A stretch of 57,609 bases of DNA, filler included, from Sphacelaria rigidula (Eukaryota): the NCBI GenBank assembly GCA_964200075.2. It is 3 parts of 3 records of this genome, joined end to end, with 100 filler letters (N's around TTAATTAATTAA, not from the genome) between each part and the next. Parts side by side here need not be neighbours in the genome. Positions count along the whole stretch, not along the records: positions 19,240 to 38,375 come from CAXNAA020000728.1; positions 38,476 to 57,609 come from CAXNAA020000729.1; 1 more part is not named here. One strand, 5' to 3'. The notes under the pieces are model-generated. The model saw only the letters and a list, made by a program, of their open reading frames with translations. It was not told the DNA's origin and did not search any database. The position numbers and the translations under genes were made by a program. Of this stretch, positions 37,882 to 51,600 are shown one piece after another; position 1 is the first letter of the stretch; the number at the start of each line of letters is the position of its first letter.

Positions 37882-38280
37882 GATTGCCCTTGCTCTCGAG
37901 AAGTGAAACTGCTAGGAGACGAAAGGTGTAAAATTGCTGTTGCGCACTACACCGGAAGGGGAGTAGTCTGGCGAATGAGAGAGGAGGGGGTTGTGGTGTG
38001 GGATGAGCGGATGGGTGGGGGGGACGGGGGGGGGGGGAGGCGGAAGGGGTAGGCACGACTGAGAGGCATATCTAAATTAGAATATTTCACCCGGTGCAGA
38101 GCGGAGTATACGTCTTGTATTCTGTCCGTTTTTTTCTCATATATGTGTCGGGGTATTCTGTGGTGCAGGTCTGAAAACCCGCACTGGAGTGCCGGAGAAG
38201 GCCCGAGTTTGAGGCGACCTGAAGTTGTGGGCGTAGATCTAAGGTTGATTTTTTTTTAGCAAACAAAAACAAAAACAACG

Positions 38281-38375
38281 CCAACCCTAACCCTAACCCC
38301 TGTAATGCGTGAGAGGACCGCGTGCTTAGAGGACCGCATCGGAATTTGAACATCCCTATGGTTAGGGTTAGAGAT
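38281..38375. mobile_element. Telomere-repeat-bearing MITE, copy G, truncated by assembly linker
   Basis: (AACCCT)2-3, then CTGTAATGCGTGAGAGGACCGCGTGCTTAGAGGACCGC...GGTTAGGGTTAG up to the N run. Confidence 0.75.
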
Positions 38376-38475
38376 NNNNNNNNNNNNNNNNNNNNNNNNN
38401 NNNNNNNNNNNNNNNNNNNTTAATTAATTAANNNNNNNNNNNNNNNNNNNNNNNNNNNNNNNNNNNNNNNNNNNN
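38376..38475. other. Artificial contig linker (N-TTAATTAATTAA-N)
   Basis: Same construct as 19140-19239. Confidence 0.95.
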
Positions 38476-39666
38476 AAGGCACACAACAAATCAGTACAAC
38501 CCCCCATCCCCCACCCCCCACCCACCCCCGCCGCCGCCTGCCCCCCTATTGTAAGATCACTCACCGCAAAATTTTCAGAGATGGTGCATCACGATGAAAA
38601 GGCACCAACGTGTAGGGAAATACCTCTTACATTACTCAGCTGGACCACCGGTTTTGTTGGAATCCTAACAGCACACAAAGGTAGCAGCTGTATGTAGGGT
38701 TAAAATGCATTGATTCACCTCAAGGTTATCGAGGGATTGTTCGTCCACACTGAACAAATGACAGACCACTGCCACTGCGTTGAGGCAGAACACCTAAGGG
38801 GCTTCGACGATACTTCGGAACGGAAAAATTAATCCTTGCCCCTTGATATTCCCATTGTTGCGCACCGCACGTAGTGGTACAAACACTGCTTGTACAGTAT
38901 CTATATCATCGCAACGTGACCGGATTTCCCCCCAAATAGTCTGGACATACATGGCCGTTTCGTGGGGGCTTTCTGTCTTCTTGACAAAAGAAGATACTAG
39001 GAAAATAGTGTAATGTCCACTCAGTATCAGAAGAGCCCAGAGCTAGCGGCTGGACGTTCCTCAGCCTAAGCAGATATTTGCAATTCGAATTTGTCGTCAG
39101 TAGGACGGATCATCGTTCGCTGAAACCAGAGAATCCATCGCTCGTGATCTGAAAAATCCACCTGCGTTAGGCCATCCAAACAAAAGGCAGAGTTTGGCGA
39201 CATGGAGTTGCACGAACCTAGAACGAGCATGATGTCTGCATCCCGAGGAAATTGACGTACATGAGGAGCTTCCGTTCAAGTCCATGTGGGACCTTCGACC
39301 CGTCCGAAGCGAAGCGGATACATTCATCAAGTTAAATCCGGGTCCGCGTGAGTGAGTATGTGCGTGTGCGAGGATCATGTGTGACCGCGTGCCATGCACC
39401 ATAATTACCATGATCTCGTGGAGATACGACGTTAAACCAGGTCGGCTGCTTATACCCGATGTGCAAGCCTTAGGTCTTGTGAATCCCAAGCTCTCACGGT
39501 CGCTGCGGCCACTGTCAAATCTAAACGTTGCCTGGCCTCGGCTACAGTTTGCGGGGATCGGTTGTCGAGTAGAGTGGATCATCAAGGGCCAGCAGTAAAG
39601 CAACATGCGGCCATGCGCATCATCACCTCCGACTACGATAAACATTGGCCCAGAGCTTCCTTAGCG

Positions 39667-42600
39667 TCATCCTGAGTTCCATGCGGCGGAGGCATCGTCT
39701 GAATCAAGTGGCGGCCTAGCCCTTGTATGTGACACGCTGGAAGAGGAAACGCGGCGTCGATTCGACGACGTTGATGTTGACGGCGCCGCCCCTCCTGTTC
39801 CTCCGCCATTTCTACCTGTGCTGCCGCCGCTGCCGCTGTTGCTGCTGTTACTATTCCGTGTTTGGTAGAGTTTCTCTTTCGCAGGCGCAGACTTCGGCGC
39901 GGTTAACGGTACCAATCGGGGATACTGTGTGGTAGAAAAAAATCGCACAAGATAGCACCATTAGCCAAGATCAGGATTTGTATCACTAATGATTGCAAGC
40001 GCACTCTTCGACCGGAACCACCGACATGGAGCTCCACGCAAAAAGTGCCCAAAAATTGGGTTTATGTCGCGGCTGTGTAAGTATGCCAACATCGGATTGG
40101 AATACAGTGACGTCAGTAGGGGTGACTATCAAGCATCTCGGTTTGACCATGGCCCTATGGATACATGAAGAGGAGGCCGTTGGACTGGCCCCACAAATAA
40201 AAATCAATATCACCATGGACTCGACATGAATCAGCCCAGAACGGAACCACCGCGACACACACATATCGCTCTCCTGAGTTATTGTAGTACAGCACGCACC
40301 TTGGATACGTTCACGCCACCGTCTGCTCCGGGTACGCCTCCCCCCCTCAACACTTTACCCTTCAACCCCTGAGTTGGAACCTCCGCATTTCCGCCTGCTC
40401 TCTCGAACAGAAGTGGGCCGCTCCTACCAGACGACGAAACAGGCCCATCGGGCATGATTTTCCCCGGCGTCATAACCGGTTGAGTTTGGCCCGGTGCCTT
40501 GGAAGTTCCTATGCCACCCCCTCCACCCCCTCCACCACCACCACTCCCTCCAGCAGTGCCGTTGCTGTGCGTTTCGTCGGTATTGCTCCCGCCGGTGTTG
40601 CTCCCGCCGGCGCTACCCCCCGTCGAGGGTATGGAGGGGCCCATGAACCGATCCCTAGGACCTGAATTGAAAAGTGAACACAAAAGAAAGGGGTAACCGC
40701 GGATGGCGAGGAGGACATGGACACTGAAACCATACTCGCAGAGCACGAAATAGTGCTTCCCGTCGAGGGCTGAGCGTATCCCTTCGTGCTCACCTGCACA
40801 AGCTTGAGGTAGTCGATACCACCATTTGCTTAGAGTATATCGTACTCACTTTACGTGGTACCCGAAGACCGGACGTGTCCGTCACTGTGCATGAGCAGCT
40901 CAGTGAGGGAAGTGCTCCTTTTTCTCAGTCGATTTCATGCGTGGGTGTACTTCTCAGCTTACAAGTGGGAGTGTGCTCACGTTTCGTAGGTGTTCTTGGC
41001 ATGAGATAGGAGATGGGACACGAGCGTAACATATGGCCGAAGGGGGAAAGTAGGTACGCTCTGACGTGCGCCAGCCTCCTCATACGAGTAGTCCTCCAAA
41101 GGAGTGCATCAGCCGCACCCTGGTCCCTTCCTGTATGCTCCTCTAACCGGTTATTACCAAAGAGTCACTGGGTATGCTGTACGCCCTGTCCACCCTGTTT
41201 CATCACGCAGCTCGCATTGGGTCTCTTCTCCTTTCCCCCCCAGTACCGAAGGATTTGCCACAAAGGCGGAATATATCCGTAATACTATACATTTGAACCA
41301 CGGGAAAGTGTGTGAATCCACGCCACCTAACGATTGTATATGCGCGATTTTGTTCGACTTGAAGACGAAACATCGACGTACATGCTATTTAGCACATGAG
41401 CATACTACGTCGCCGTATCCACCCCGCACCCCGTACCGCCCTGCCGCAGTCGTGGACGTCTTGAACTAGAACGCATTTCGAACTGCAGAGGATGGTCAGT
41501 GACACGAATGCATGCGAATTATGCCACATTTCAGTGCTCTCACATTACTACTAAATGTACTACTAAATGTGCCGCAAGATATTCAAAATCTAAAAACAAG
41601 TGCACAGTAAGAGGCACAATGATGTTCACATATAGTACACGAGAAAATGTGAATGTATGCAAAAACTCAATGCTCGAGAAGAAACTCATTGCTTAGACTT
41701 CAAAGAACACGGGATCTTACAAGTTGGGGACGGATTTTTTATTGGGGATGAGAAACCCGGAGGATTAAAATCTTCGTATCCACACCAAATCTTCGAAATA
41801 TGGTCCCATTTCTTCACCTACTGATAGCTATTGACAACTGCTACACGCAATAGGAATTTGGATTTTGATCACCGAAATGTTGGGGTTCTAGGTGAAAAAC
41901 CAGTTTCGGAACAATTTTGGTGTCCGTTCGGACACCCGAAATTCCCCAAAACTGGTTTTCACCCAGGACCTCAACATTTCGGTGATCGAAATCCAAATTC
42001 CTATGGCGTGTAGCAGTTGTCATAGCTATTAGTAGATGAAGAAAAGGAACCATATTTCGAAGATTTGGTGTGGATACGAAGATTTTAGTCCTCCGGGTTT
42101 CCCCAATAAAAGATCCGTCCCCAATTGGTAAGATCCCGTGTTAAAGGGTGGGCATATGCGAAACATGCAAGGTGGATGAAAAAACATAATGTGGAAGAGT
42201 CCTACTCTGCATGATTTCATCCTACCTCCTAGATTTCCCGCTCCCGTATACCATTCCTCCGGCGGCTTAGGGATCGGCTGCATTCCGAAGCCGCCTAGGG
42301 GGCGGTTACACGAGAGGCACTTCGATCCTATGAGCACCTCGTTGTTACTTGGGGCCATTGCGAGGACAGCGATGCTGCGAGCCTGTGGGTGGGTCAATAG
42401 GTGGGCGTTGGTGACGACGGAAGGTACAGCGAGCGAAGGGTTATCTGTCGGTGGTGAGGGTGAAGTAATTTGAATACTGGTTGGGCGGGAGACTTGCCAC
42501 CAGGTAGACCTTGTACACGAAATACATGGGTGTATTTTGCAAGACTCCTTTCAGGACGCGCATTTGAGGTTGGTAACGTATCCAGCCACCTCGGCAGTAT

Positions 42601-45600
42601 ATGGTAAATTTGGGGTGGTAACGGATCATTCTGGTACTCGTTGTTGCAGGAACCAGCCACCTTAGTAATGCAAGGTGATGGTACAGGCCACCCTGGTACT
42701 AATTGGCACAGGAACTAGCCGCCGTGGTAACGCGCATTTTGTTTTTGGGATGGTAGCAACCCACTGTGGTACACCTTGGTACGAGAACCAGCCACCACGG
42801 CAATGTACGGTGTCTTTGGGGTTTTGGGGGTATTTCTTCAGCATATCAACCCAGGGCTATAAGTTACGCCTAGACATCCGAACAACACGAATCGTACGTA
42901 AAGTTGTTGTTTACAAAACTCAAATGCAAGCTCAGCCTACTGAACATGGGCATATTCTCGCTGCAAAAAGGAGAAAGAAGACGAACTAAATCCAGAGATG
43001 CACCCAGCAATACCAACCACCTGTTCAGCAACCGGAAAACCGTGAAAGACACCGCCATTCTCTTCCAGGCAGGAAAACGAAGTACAAACTGAAAACTATG
43101 AAGATATAAAATCAAAGCTGATAAGATGCCGGTAGCGTACAGACTGCTGTCAGATAACAACTCAAACTCTAAAAATCAGCTATTGGTTCGATAATCCAAT
43201 AAGGATGGTTCAAAGAATCGAGTCTACGGGCGTGCCCGCTGACGCCTCCTCCAGAGCGACAACTTTGTCTTTGCACCGAGCTACGGCTGTTTCGTTGGCT
43301 TCGACGGCATCGTGGACGGCCTTGACCGTCATCCAAGAACAACACGCCAGACAAAAAGAAGAAAACAAGGGAAACAAACAAGTAAATATAAGAGGGGAGG
43401 AAGTCTAAAATATGGTCTGGTGGGATCTGAGCCCCACGACCCATCAACAAGAGGTTGGATACGGTTTGCCACTGTCCTACGGAAGTAAGGTGATGTTGAC
43501 TGAAATCGGGAGTTGTTTGCGTGACTGTACAGGTACTGGGAGCCGTACATTCGCGTGGTACAGTAGTGGGCGGTCCAACTGTTCAAGGGTGTTTGGGGGT
43601 TTTCCTCGCGAACTACACTTCAATAGAACTTGAAATTGCTAGCGTCGGTATATTTTGGTACAATAAACAGATTATCCTCGAAACACAGTGCCCAAGCAAG
43701 TGTTAGTTGGTGATATCGGGCGATACGAGTAAATACTCCGTTCATCAGGCAGGTGTTATTGACCGTGAAACACAGTTTCTCAGCTTTAGTACAATGAGTA
43801 GGTTGAACTTCGAAGAACTAAAACTGCACATTTCTTCACAAATATGATCGGGACACGCTTGATCGACCGAGAATACCGAAGAGTAAGAGTCTGGGCTGAA
43901 ACGTAGCAGGACCCCCGATGACCGGTCAGCCCGTAAGTCACTCAATATTTAGTACAAATGGTTTTATTTCTTCTTGGAATGTGGAGCAGATGTAAATATC
44001 TTCAGATCGCCAGTGGGACGAGCGGTGGTAAGCGAAAAGAGCCCGAGAAAACCGCCAACGACGAAAAAATCACAAAATGCCACAAAATGAATAGTCAAAC
44101 CGCCGACTACTGTAGTTGTTTGAGTGGTGACGAGAAACCACACGAATGCCAATATTTTCTTGGTGATCATTTGGACGAAAATGGGAGAATGTGCCTTGCT
44201 CGGTAGCGGTCTGGATGGGAACGGGACAAGGTCATCTGGTTGGTAACGGTTTGGATGGCATTGGGATTTCGATTCAAATGGATGACGTCCCATTTCCCGA
44301 TTACCATGATTTGACCGCGGTACATCTTACGTGGGGAAAATCTCGAAGTGCGCCCTGGAATTTCGTGATATTAAATAGATTCACTGGTCCAATAGTTGTG
44401 GTTTACCCAGGTCGCGGAAGGACGGCACGCTCGGGCTGATGACACCTTGCCTCTGGGTGGGTTATTTCTTGCGTAGTAGTTTGAAGATACCTTTCCTCAT
44501 GGCATCCCCGTTATTTGGACAACTGGCCACCATCTGATGGCAAGGTACGCGCACGGGTGTCATCGCCACGAACAATTGACCACGACAAGTTGTGAACTAA
44601 AAAATCAAAGTCTTCAGCGCGCGAAAGTTTTTCTCCGATGTACACTTAGCTTCGAAGCGTGTATGTATGCAGATTTGCAGTTTTTCTTGGCGAATGTCAG
44701 GGGGTTTACCTGCTCTAGTTCAATTTGCAGTCGTTTCATGGCAGCGGGGCTGTTTTTATCCTTGCCCAACGTGTGCGCCAACCTCTGGAGTCGGCTCCGG
44801 TGGTTGGCCGACTCCTGTATCTTGGATGTCATTTCCTCTAACGCCGTTTCGATCTCCGACGCGCTTGCCTTCGACTGAATCTCTCCGCGAACACGCCCGA
44901 AGAGAGTCTGTAGGTCCGTCACCTTACCGCCGAGTGCCTGAATAGAAACACGATATAGCGTGAAACGTTTTCACACGGCAGTTAACAATGAGCAAGCCGC
45001 TTCATTGACTCGCGACCCTCAAGCAAAGCACGCAGCAACAGCATACCAGCTGCCTGAAAAGGGATTTTGCTTGTGCAAGCCAGCCCACAAGAATCGCTGC
45101 TACGTTCGCACTTTTTACCGTCCAGGGGTACAGCGGAAGTGACAACGAGTTGCCCGCCGGAAATGTGGAAACGTTAGGAAGCCGAGCATGAGAAACTGAA
45201 GCGTAGACGCAGTCCAAGTATTTACCCGCTCGTGGTCGATCAGACATGCACAGCGTGCGCCCCTCTGGTACATTTGGAAATTACATGCTCGTTCCGATTA
45301 TTTTTGCTATCCTCGACCTATCCCCGAAATGTCCAACACCCCTAGCGTCCATAGGTGAATCCGTGGGGTAAAAGACAAAAGAAAGAGGCACGATAACGAT
45401 AAAGGGGGAAAAAATGCTGGGAAAAAACGAAGAGCAGCACCTGAAGATATACGGGACATTGAGAGAGGGGATAAGGATGAAAGTATATCTGCATGGCCCA
45501 ATGGACGCGGCGGAAAAATCGAAACTGCGATTTCGGGTGGGGGATCTGCTAGAAAAAAGGAAGAAGTATCCCCGTAGTCCAGTGAATCAGGAAGTAGCTA

Positions 45601-48600
45601 CACAAAACTGCCCCTGTGACAAAGAAATGTAGAGTAGGAGTCATAGAGTGGCAGAATGTGAAGTACACAAGGACGAACGGGACGTGTTAGAGGGGGGAAT
45701 GTGGTAAGTAAACGAAGGGGTATGAAATCGTTTGATACATTGGACAGCAGCGGAAGGGCTATGCTATACAAGGAGATATATGGTGGCCACAGACCGCGAA
45801 ACAGAAGGAGGGAGATTGATGTAAAAGGTTTCTGTGTGGCGTATAGAAGAAACGTAGTGAGTGCCCAAATGTTGGAGGTGTCTTTACTAGAAGGAGGAAC
45901 GGTGGTCTCTCTCGAAAGCGATGTGTGATCAATGGTCAAACGACGAAGGCAAACAACAAATGAATAAGCCCCCCACCCCCACCCCAGCCAGATCCGACGA
46001 AACTCCGGCGTGATCCGTCCCGGCTTTGCAGGGACGGACCCCCGATGGGGTTGGCGTCGGTTCGCGATGGCGCTGTCAAACACGCCACGCACTGTGTAAG
46101 CTAGGCAACCAGGTGATCGATGTTTTTGCGCGCTCGCGTTTTTTTGCGGTAACCATGATGGTTGTCGAGCTAGATCATGTTGTGCGGGGTGGGAGAACCT
46201 CAACTCTACGCAAAGGAGATGATCGCACTAGGCAGTGTATAAGTCGCGACTGTTTCTGGAAGTGGCGACACCAGAAAATTAAGCAGCTCCTTGTATGCTG
46301 TCATCCAAATGCAAGATAATCAGTACGCTTCGGGCGGAAAAATTTCAGCAAGATAAAGCTCACCCGCCATACGACTCGCCGAACACATCACGGCGCTTCG
46401 CACTTGGTGATTGAGTGCGAGCCTGGTCCGGCGGAAACCCGGCGTGCTCCGTCCCGGCTTTGTAGGGATGCGAGGTCAATGGGCATATGACTACGGCTTG
46501 TAAGATCATGAGTACACCCCCTCCCCTCCCCCCCCCTCTCCAAACCACCCGGTGACCCCAAACTCATTTAGAATAACTGGCAGTTGTATTGCTGTAATTT
46601 CAGGAAGCGTGGAACAGCTGGTGGTCATACATACCGGACCACAGTGGCAAGCCAGCAATTGCCCCGTGTTGAGTTCTTCGATATGTGACGTCAATATCCT
46701 ACTACGTGGAAAAGACGCCAAAGGTAGGGTACTGAAGCTACGACAATTACCCCCATATCGGGGTACCTCATGAGGAGAAACGTAGTATACCTTAATTGCA
46801 GTCGCTCGCTCCTTATCCGCTTCCACCTCTCCGAGGACCAAGTGCATCGTGCGTTGGAATCCTGACAGCAGTTCTTCCATTTCACTCAACTTCGACTTCG
46901 TGCCATCGATCGGTGCGCTGAGTTCTCGTATCATGGCTTCCCTCTCCTTGTCGGAGCGTTGTGCCACATACAGGGTGAGATCCTCCAGCGTGACGGACAA
47001 TCGTATCTGGGCGAGAGGGGAGCCACGGGCGGCATGGAGGTGGGCCATGTACTCGGAGATGCCAAGCACTTTTATTTCAACGACGGTAAAGATCTACAGC
47101 CTACTTGTTTAACTTCTTTCCTAGATGTAGAATCTAGTACGGAACTTGTCCAATGGGTTTGAGAAAACCTCAGTTCGAAAGCGTTGCAAACGAGCTTAAG
47201 ATTTTTCTCCTCTAGCTGTCTTCGGATACTGCCGTGCGCTCTTCAATGTCTCCTGGGTCTTCCGCAGTTTTTTTTTTCCCTCACACTTTGCACCCCTCCC
47301 CCTTCCTCGGGATGAGTCCGTGGTCTCAAAGTATCGACCCATCTCTCCCCCGGTACGTGCCTTTCATTTTGATCTCGCGGATTGGATCAGCACTCCCGCA
47401 CTGCGTCAGGTGCAGACGAGAACAATGAGTACCGTGAAATAGTTACGTCGAACATGGCCAATTGTGAAACCAATAATCGAAAAAATGGAACCGCGTAGTG
47501 GTCATAGCCTGTTGATGATGGAGGAAAATGTGGTTCCACTACGGGAGGGGAGGGAAATGCAACGTATCCCTTGCTACAGTCAACCTGGCGCCAGAAAGAG
47601 CCGAGAGATCGATCGCCAGGAATGCGGTGCAGGGAGGGTAGTACACTGCGCAACCGCGGCATATTCTGCTGGCCACGACACCCACACTTACCGCGAGATC
47701 TCCCGTAGCGACGCAGTGATTTAGCACATCTGATATAGCTTTCAGCAACCCTGCCAATCCCGCAGGGAACTGCACTTGTTCCCCCGTCGCATCCCTTGTG
47801 TATATCAGAGACGCCAGCTTCGCCCACGCTTCGGGCGGGGCACTTGTTCCTGCGCTACCATCGTCCTTACGGCGGTTCGCATTCCCGTCGATGTTCACTC
47901 CGTCAGAACTCCCTTGGGTTTTGGCCTGCAAGGGGTATGCAACAAAAACAAAGGAAGATGTTGGTGCAGGACCACGGCTGGAAAGTCGCTCCTCTGGTCA
48001 TCGGATGCTCGCGTTGGTTCTCCCGTTTTGGAGCCCTCAGTGGCTCACCATTTTCATCATCATATCGTCTCTACCTAAATGGAAAAAAAAAAAGGTCGTA
48101 CTGATGTAAAACCATAACGTCTCTACTTAGGTAAACAATATCGCACTGTTGTACAACTGATGTAAACTTACAAAGTGGAATTCCTTGCGATTTACGTTCA
48201 ACAACTCGGGTACCGTTGCGTATCGCTACTTCTGCGCGCCATCTTTTCCTGAAAACCCTTGGGGTTAGGGAATCTAGTAGAGTGCACGAACCCCCGGCAG
48301 ATTATAAGTTTAGTTCAGACATAAATGCGCCCCCTCCCCCGGCTACAGCGACATCACAAAATCACAGGGCGAATGAAACAGGGTAGGCCCCATCAACAAT
48401 ATGTATGTATGCTACGAATTGAAGCGCAAGACTACCGTTTACGTCAGGCGTGAAGACACTTTCGGCCTAATAGTGAAAGTCAACTTATTGTCCTCCGCGT
48501 CCGGTGGTTTAATACACTTCCACAAACGAGGGCTTTTGACAAACGTAAGTTGTGTTGTTCGATTCTCTGTCAACACCACCACTTTATGGGTTTCCCCCTC

Positions 48601-51600
48601 ATTTGCCAGCTGGACTCTATTCGAGGGGAAATATGTTTGTCGAGTTCATCCACGATCTGATACCCCCCTCATCCCGCCGTCTGCATAAAGTTCACCCCGT
48701 TCTCCACGTATGATTCTAGGGCCGTACTTGAAAGAGTACCGACAGCCCCATTCAGCGAGCGTTTGATGAAGCAGTGGAGCATACTTACTTGCAAGGTATG
48801 CAAGAGCACTCGCGTCGGAGGATAGGAGACACCGGAACAGCAGGTCTATCCGTCGTGCGGAGCGACATACCCGCACACTAGACGCCTGCCTTTTCATCAT
48901 CTGCATATGTTTCTGCTGGGCTCTAGGGTTCACCGACGATGAGGCGTATCGCTTCTGAGTTCGAATCTTGATGTGTCATAGAAGACGCATGAATGGGTGC
49001 TGGCGAGTGATACGCTCTCACTGGAAACTTCGTGAGACCACACTGCCAGCTTCCCGGAAATCCTGATATTCTGCGGCAAATTAGTGGCGTTACTTTCCTT
49101 TTCCCTATACCTCATGTGCCCGTTTTGCTTGCAAGACTTGGGCCTTGATCACCGCGTAGACAGTGGTGCCCAGTTCGGTCGCGTGATCGGCGAATCGCTG
49201 CAGGAACGCGTAAGGCAGGAGCGATGCGAGGGCGTCCCGCGATGAGTTGTTATGAAAGTGTTGGATCCGTTCCGCTTCTAGAGTGTCGAAGGCCAGCCCT
49301 CATCAATGTATTTACTTCGAGCATAAACTCGCTTCCCAACATGTTCGTTGTTATCGGTTACAGTATTCGCAAGGCTGAATTGTTCAGAGTACCTGTAGTA
49401 TTCTTCAGTACAGTTGCGCGCCTACAGCAATTTCGTGAACAATATACACGTGATTCGGGGACGCACCCTTGCTACCACATCGTCTGCCACAATCGACCGA
49501 GCCAGAGTCGCTGGGTCTCCGATCTGATCCTCGAGATCTCTGGCTCTCTCGGCAACGCTGGTCAACAGGTGACGGATGCCTTCCAGTCCCCTCAGGATGG
49601 ATGCTGAAACCTGGAAAGCTCGTTCAACGGTGGGAGAATCTCGTGAGAATACGGCAGCATCGCGATAAACCAAGCAAGTCTACAACAGCCACGTTAACGT
49701 CTGGACCTTAGTGCAATTGATCAGCATCTGCTTCTACCCCTGCAGTGCCATGTTTGGAGTAGTCAGTACTCCCGAGCAAACGGCGCCATTGAACATTGAT
49801 TATCGAACATTTACTGACGCGTTGAGAGCCGAGGGCTGTTACTGCGATCTCCCGTCATGTTATCAGACGCGTAGGTACCTCATTGCTGGAGATGGCCGCG
49901 AGAGAAGAGTACATCGAACGCAGCTCCAGCTTGAGAGACACCAAAGGCAGACGAACTACTTCGCACTTGTCCTTCAAGGCTTGATCCCCGACCTCTCTCA
50001 GTATCTTTGCGGGCGTTTCCCCCGCTCAACAGGCACAGACATTGTGAAGAAGAAGCATTCTTGAGAGGAGAAGCGTCTGTTGCCGTTCGATGTGTGTGAA
50101 ACCTAGGTCCCAGCTGTCGAGGTGAATGTGACGGCAACGTACATACCTCCGATAATGTGCGAAAACCCGAGAAGTATAGCAAGGTTACACCTACACGTTA
50201 CAGCAGTGCAGGACGCTTGGCGTTCTTCCTCTAGAGGTGTGATTGTAGCGTCAATTGTGCTGGGGTCTCGTATGTATCGTCGTTTTTCTAGCGTTATAGT
50301 GGTACACATTAGAACCAGCAGCTCGGCTTGAAGTTCGAGACTGCTCCTGGTTGGCGGTGGGGTGTGTATCGCAGGACAACACTACTGTCAGTTTTCTCCG
50401 GAGTATTTTTTTTTATCTTTGTACGCGACGAAAGAATGTACCAACCGACATAGCCTGTACTCCCTAGGTTTCTCCGAACGGGATCATGAGATCGTGTTTT
50501 CACCTTGTCGATCGCTGCACCGTTATCACTCGCTTGTGCGCGAATACTTCTCGCCGACTCTTCGCTCGCTTCGGCAATGAGCGCCTCGAGCGCTTCAAGC
50601 GATACCTCGTTTTTCCTGTCTCTTTCGTGCTCGCGCTCTCGTAGTAAGTGTAGTTCGCGCTGGAGCTCACCCATCTTCCGTCCCATCTCTTGAAGTTGTT
50701 CCGTTTGAGCCTGTAATTCTCGTTGGGCGACGAGCCGGTAGTACTTAGGCGAGGGCGTGGGAAGATATATGTTCCCCAGGCACTGCTGACCTCGTCCGTG
50801 TGGACTTGTTGGACAGGTGGGCGGAGCCACTACAGTCACGTTGGGATCAGGTTGAAATCGGCAGATGCTCGAGCAAAATGAAATATCACGATAAGAGAAA
50901 TACCGTGGCACGCTATCGTGCGGCAGCCCCATACTGCCCGCGGCATCCGGTCAACGGTAGCCGCAGAACACACACTGGCCTCAATCGAGTGCTCACCAGG
51001 CTGGCGTCACTTCCACTGTGTTCCTTTTGCTTTTCGTATCGTAGCTCCTCAAATTGCTGTTGCCTGTCCTTCTGGAGCTGAATTCGCATGGAGCTTTCCA
51101 CTTGCTGCTGCAGATTCTCGACCTCTGCCTCAAGGCTTCGGAGCTGACTGTCGGGACGTTTGTATTCATCAGCGAGAGTGGGGAAGGAGACAAGATTAGA
51201 GTATCCGTCGGGAAGCTATGGCCTCAACCCCTTGCCTCTCGACGTATTCGTATATTGTTCGTCCTCTAGCCATGCTCACGCGAACGATAGTTTTGTAACG
51301 TGTTTGATGGCGCAGTAGGAGTTGGATTGAACGGGAGAGAGATCGCAGTTGTCGGAAAGGGAAGCATGGTCTTCAAATAGCACCATATTGTGGCGAATGT
51401 ACCACATGCGGTGATACACCACACAGCTCCCCGTCGCTTTGCTGCCCCGTTAATCTTCACAGCGCGCAGAATCCGTTCCATCATAAACGTGGTGAGTTGA
51501 GCCAAGAGTCGAACCTAGGTTGAAAAACCCTCGTGAGCGTGAGGAAAAGTCAGTAAATCAGGCTTCAGAATGATGTCAGTGCTGTGTTGTGAAAGCCGTA

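Noticed and set aside
38281-38375. Chromosome end (telomere)
   Set aside because: Only a few hexamers, associated with the MITE family; not a terminal array.
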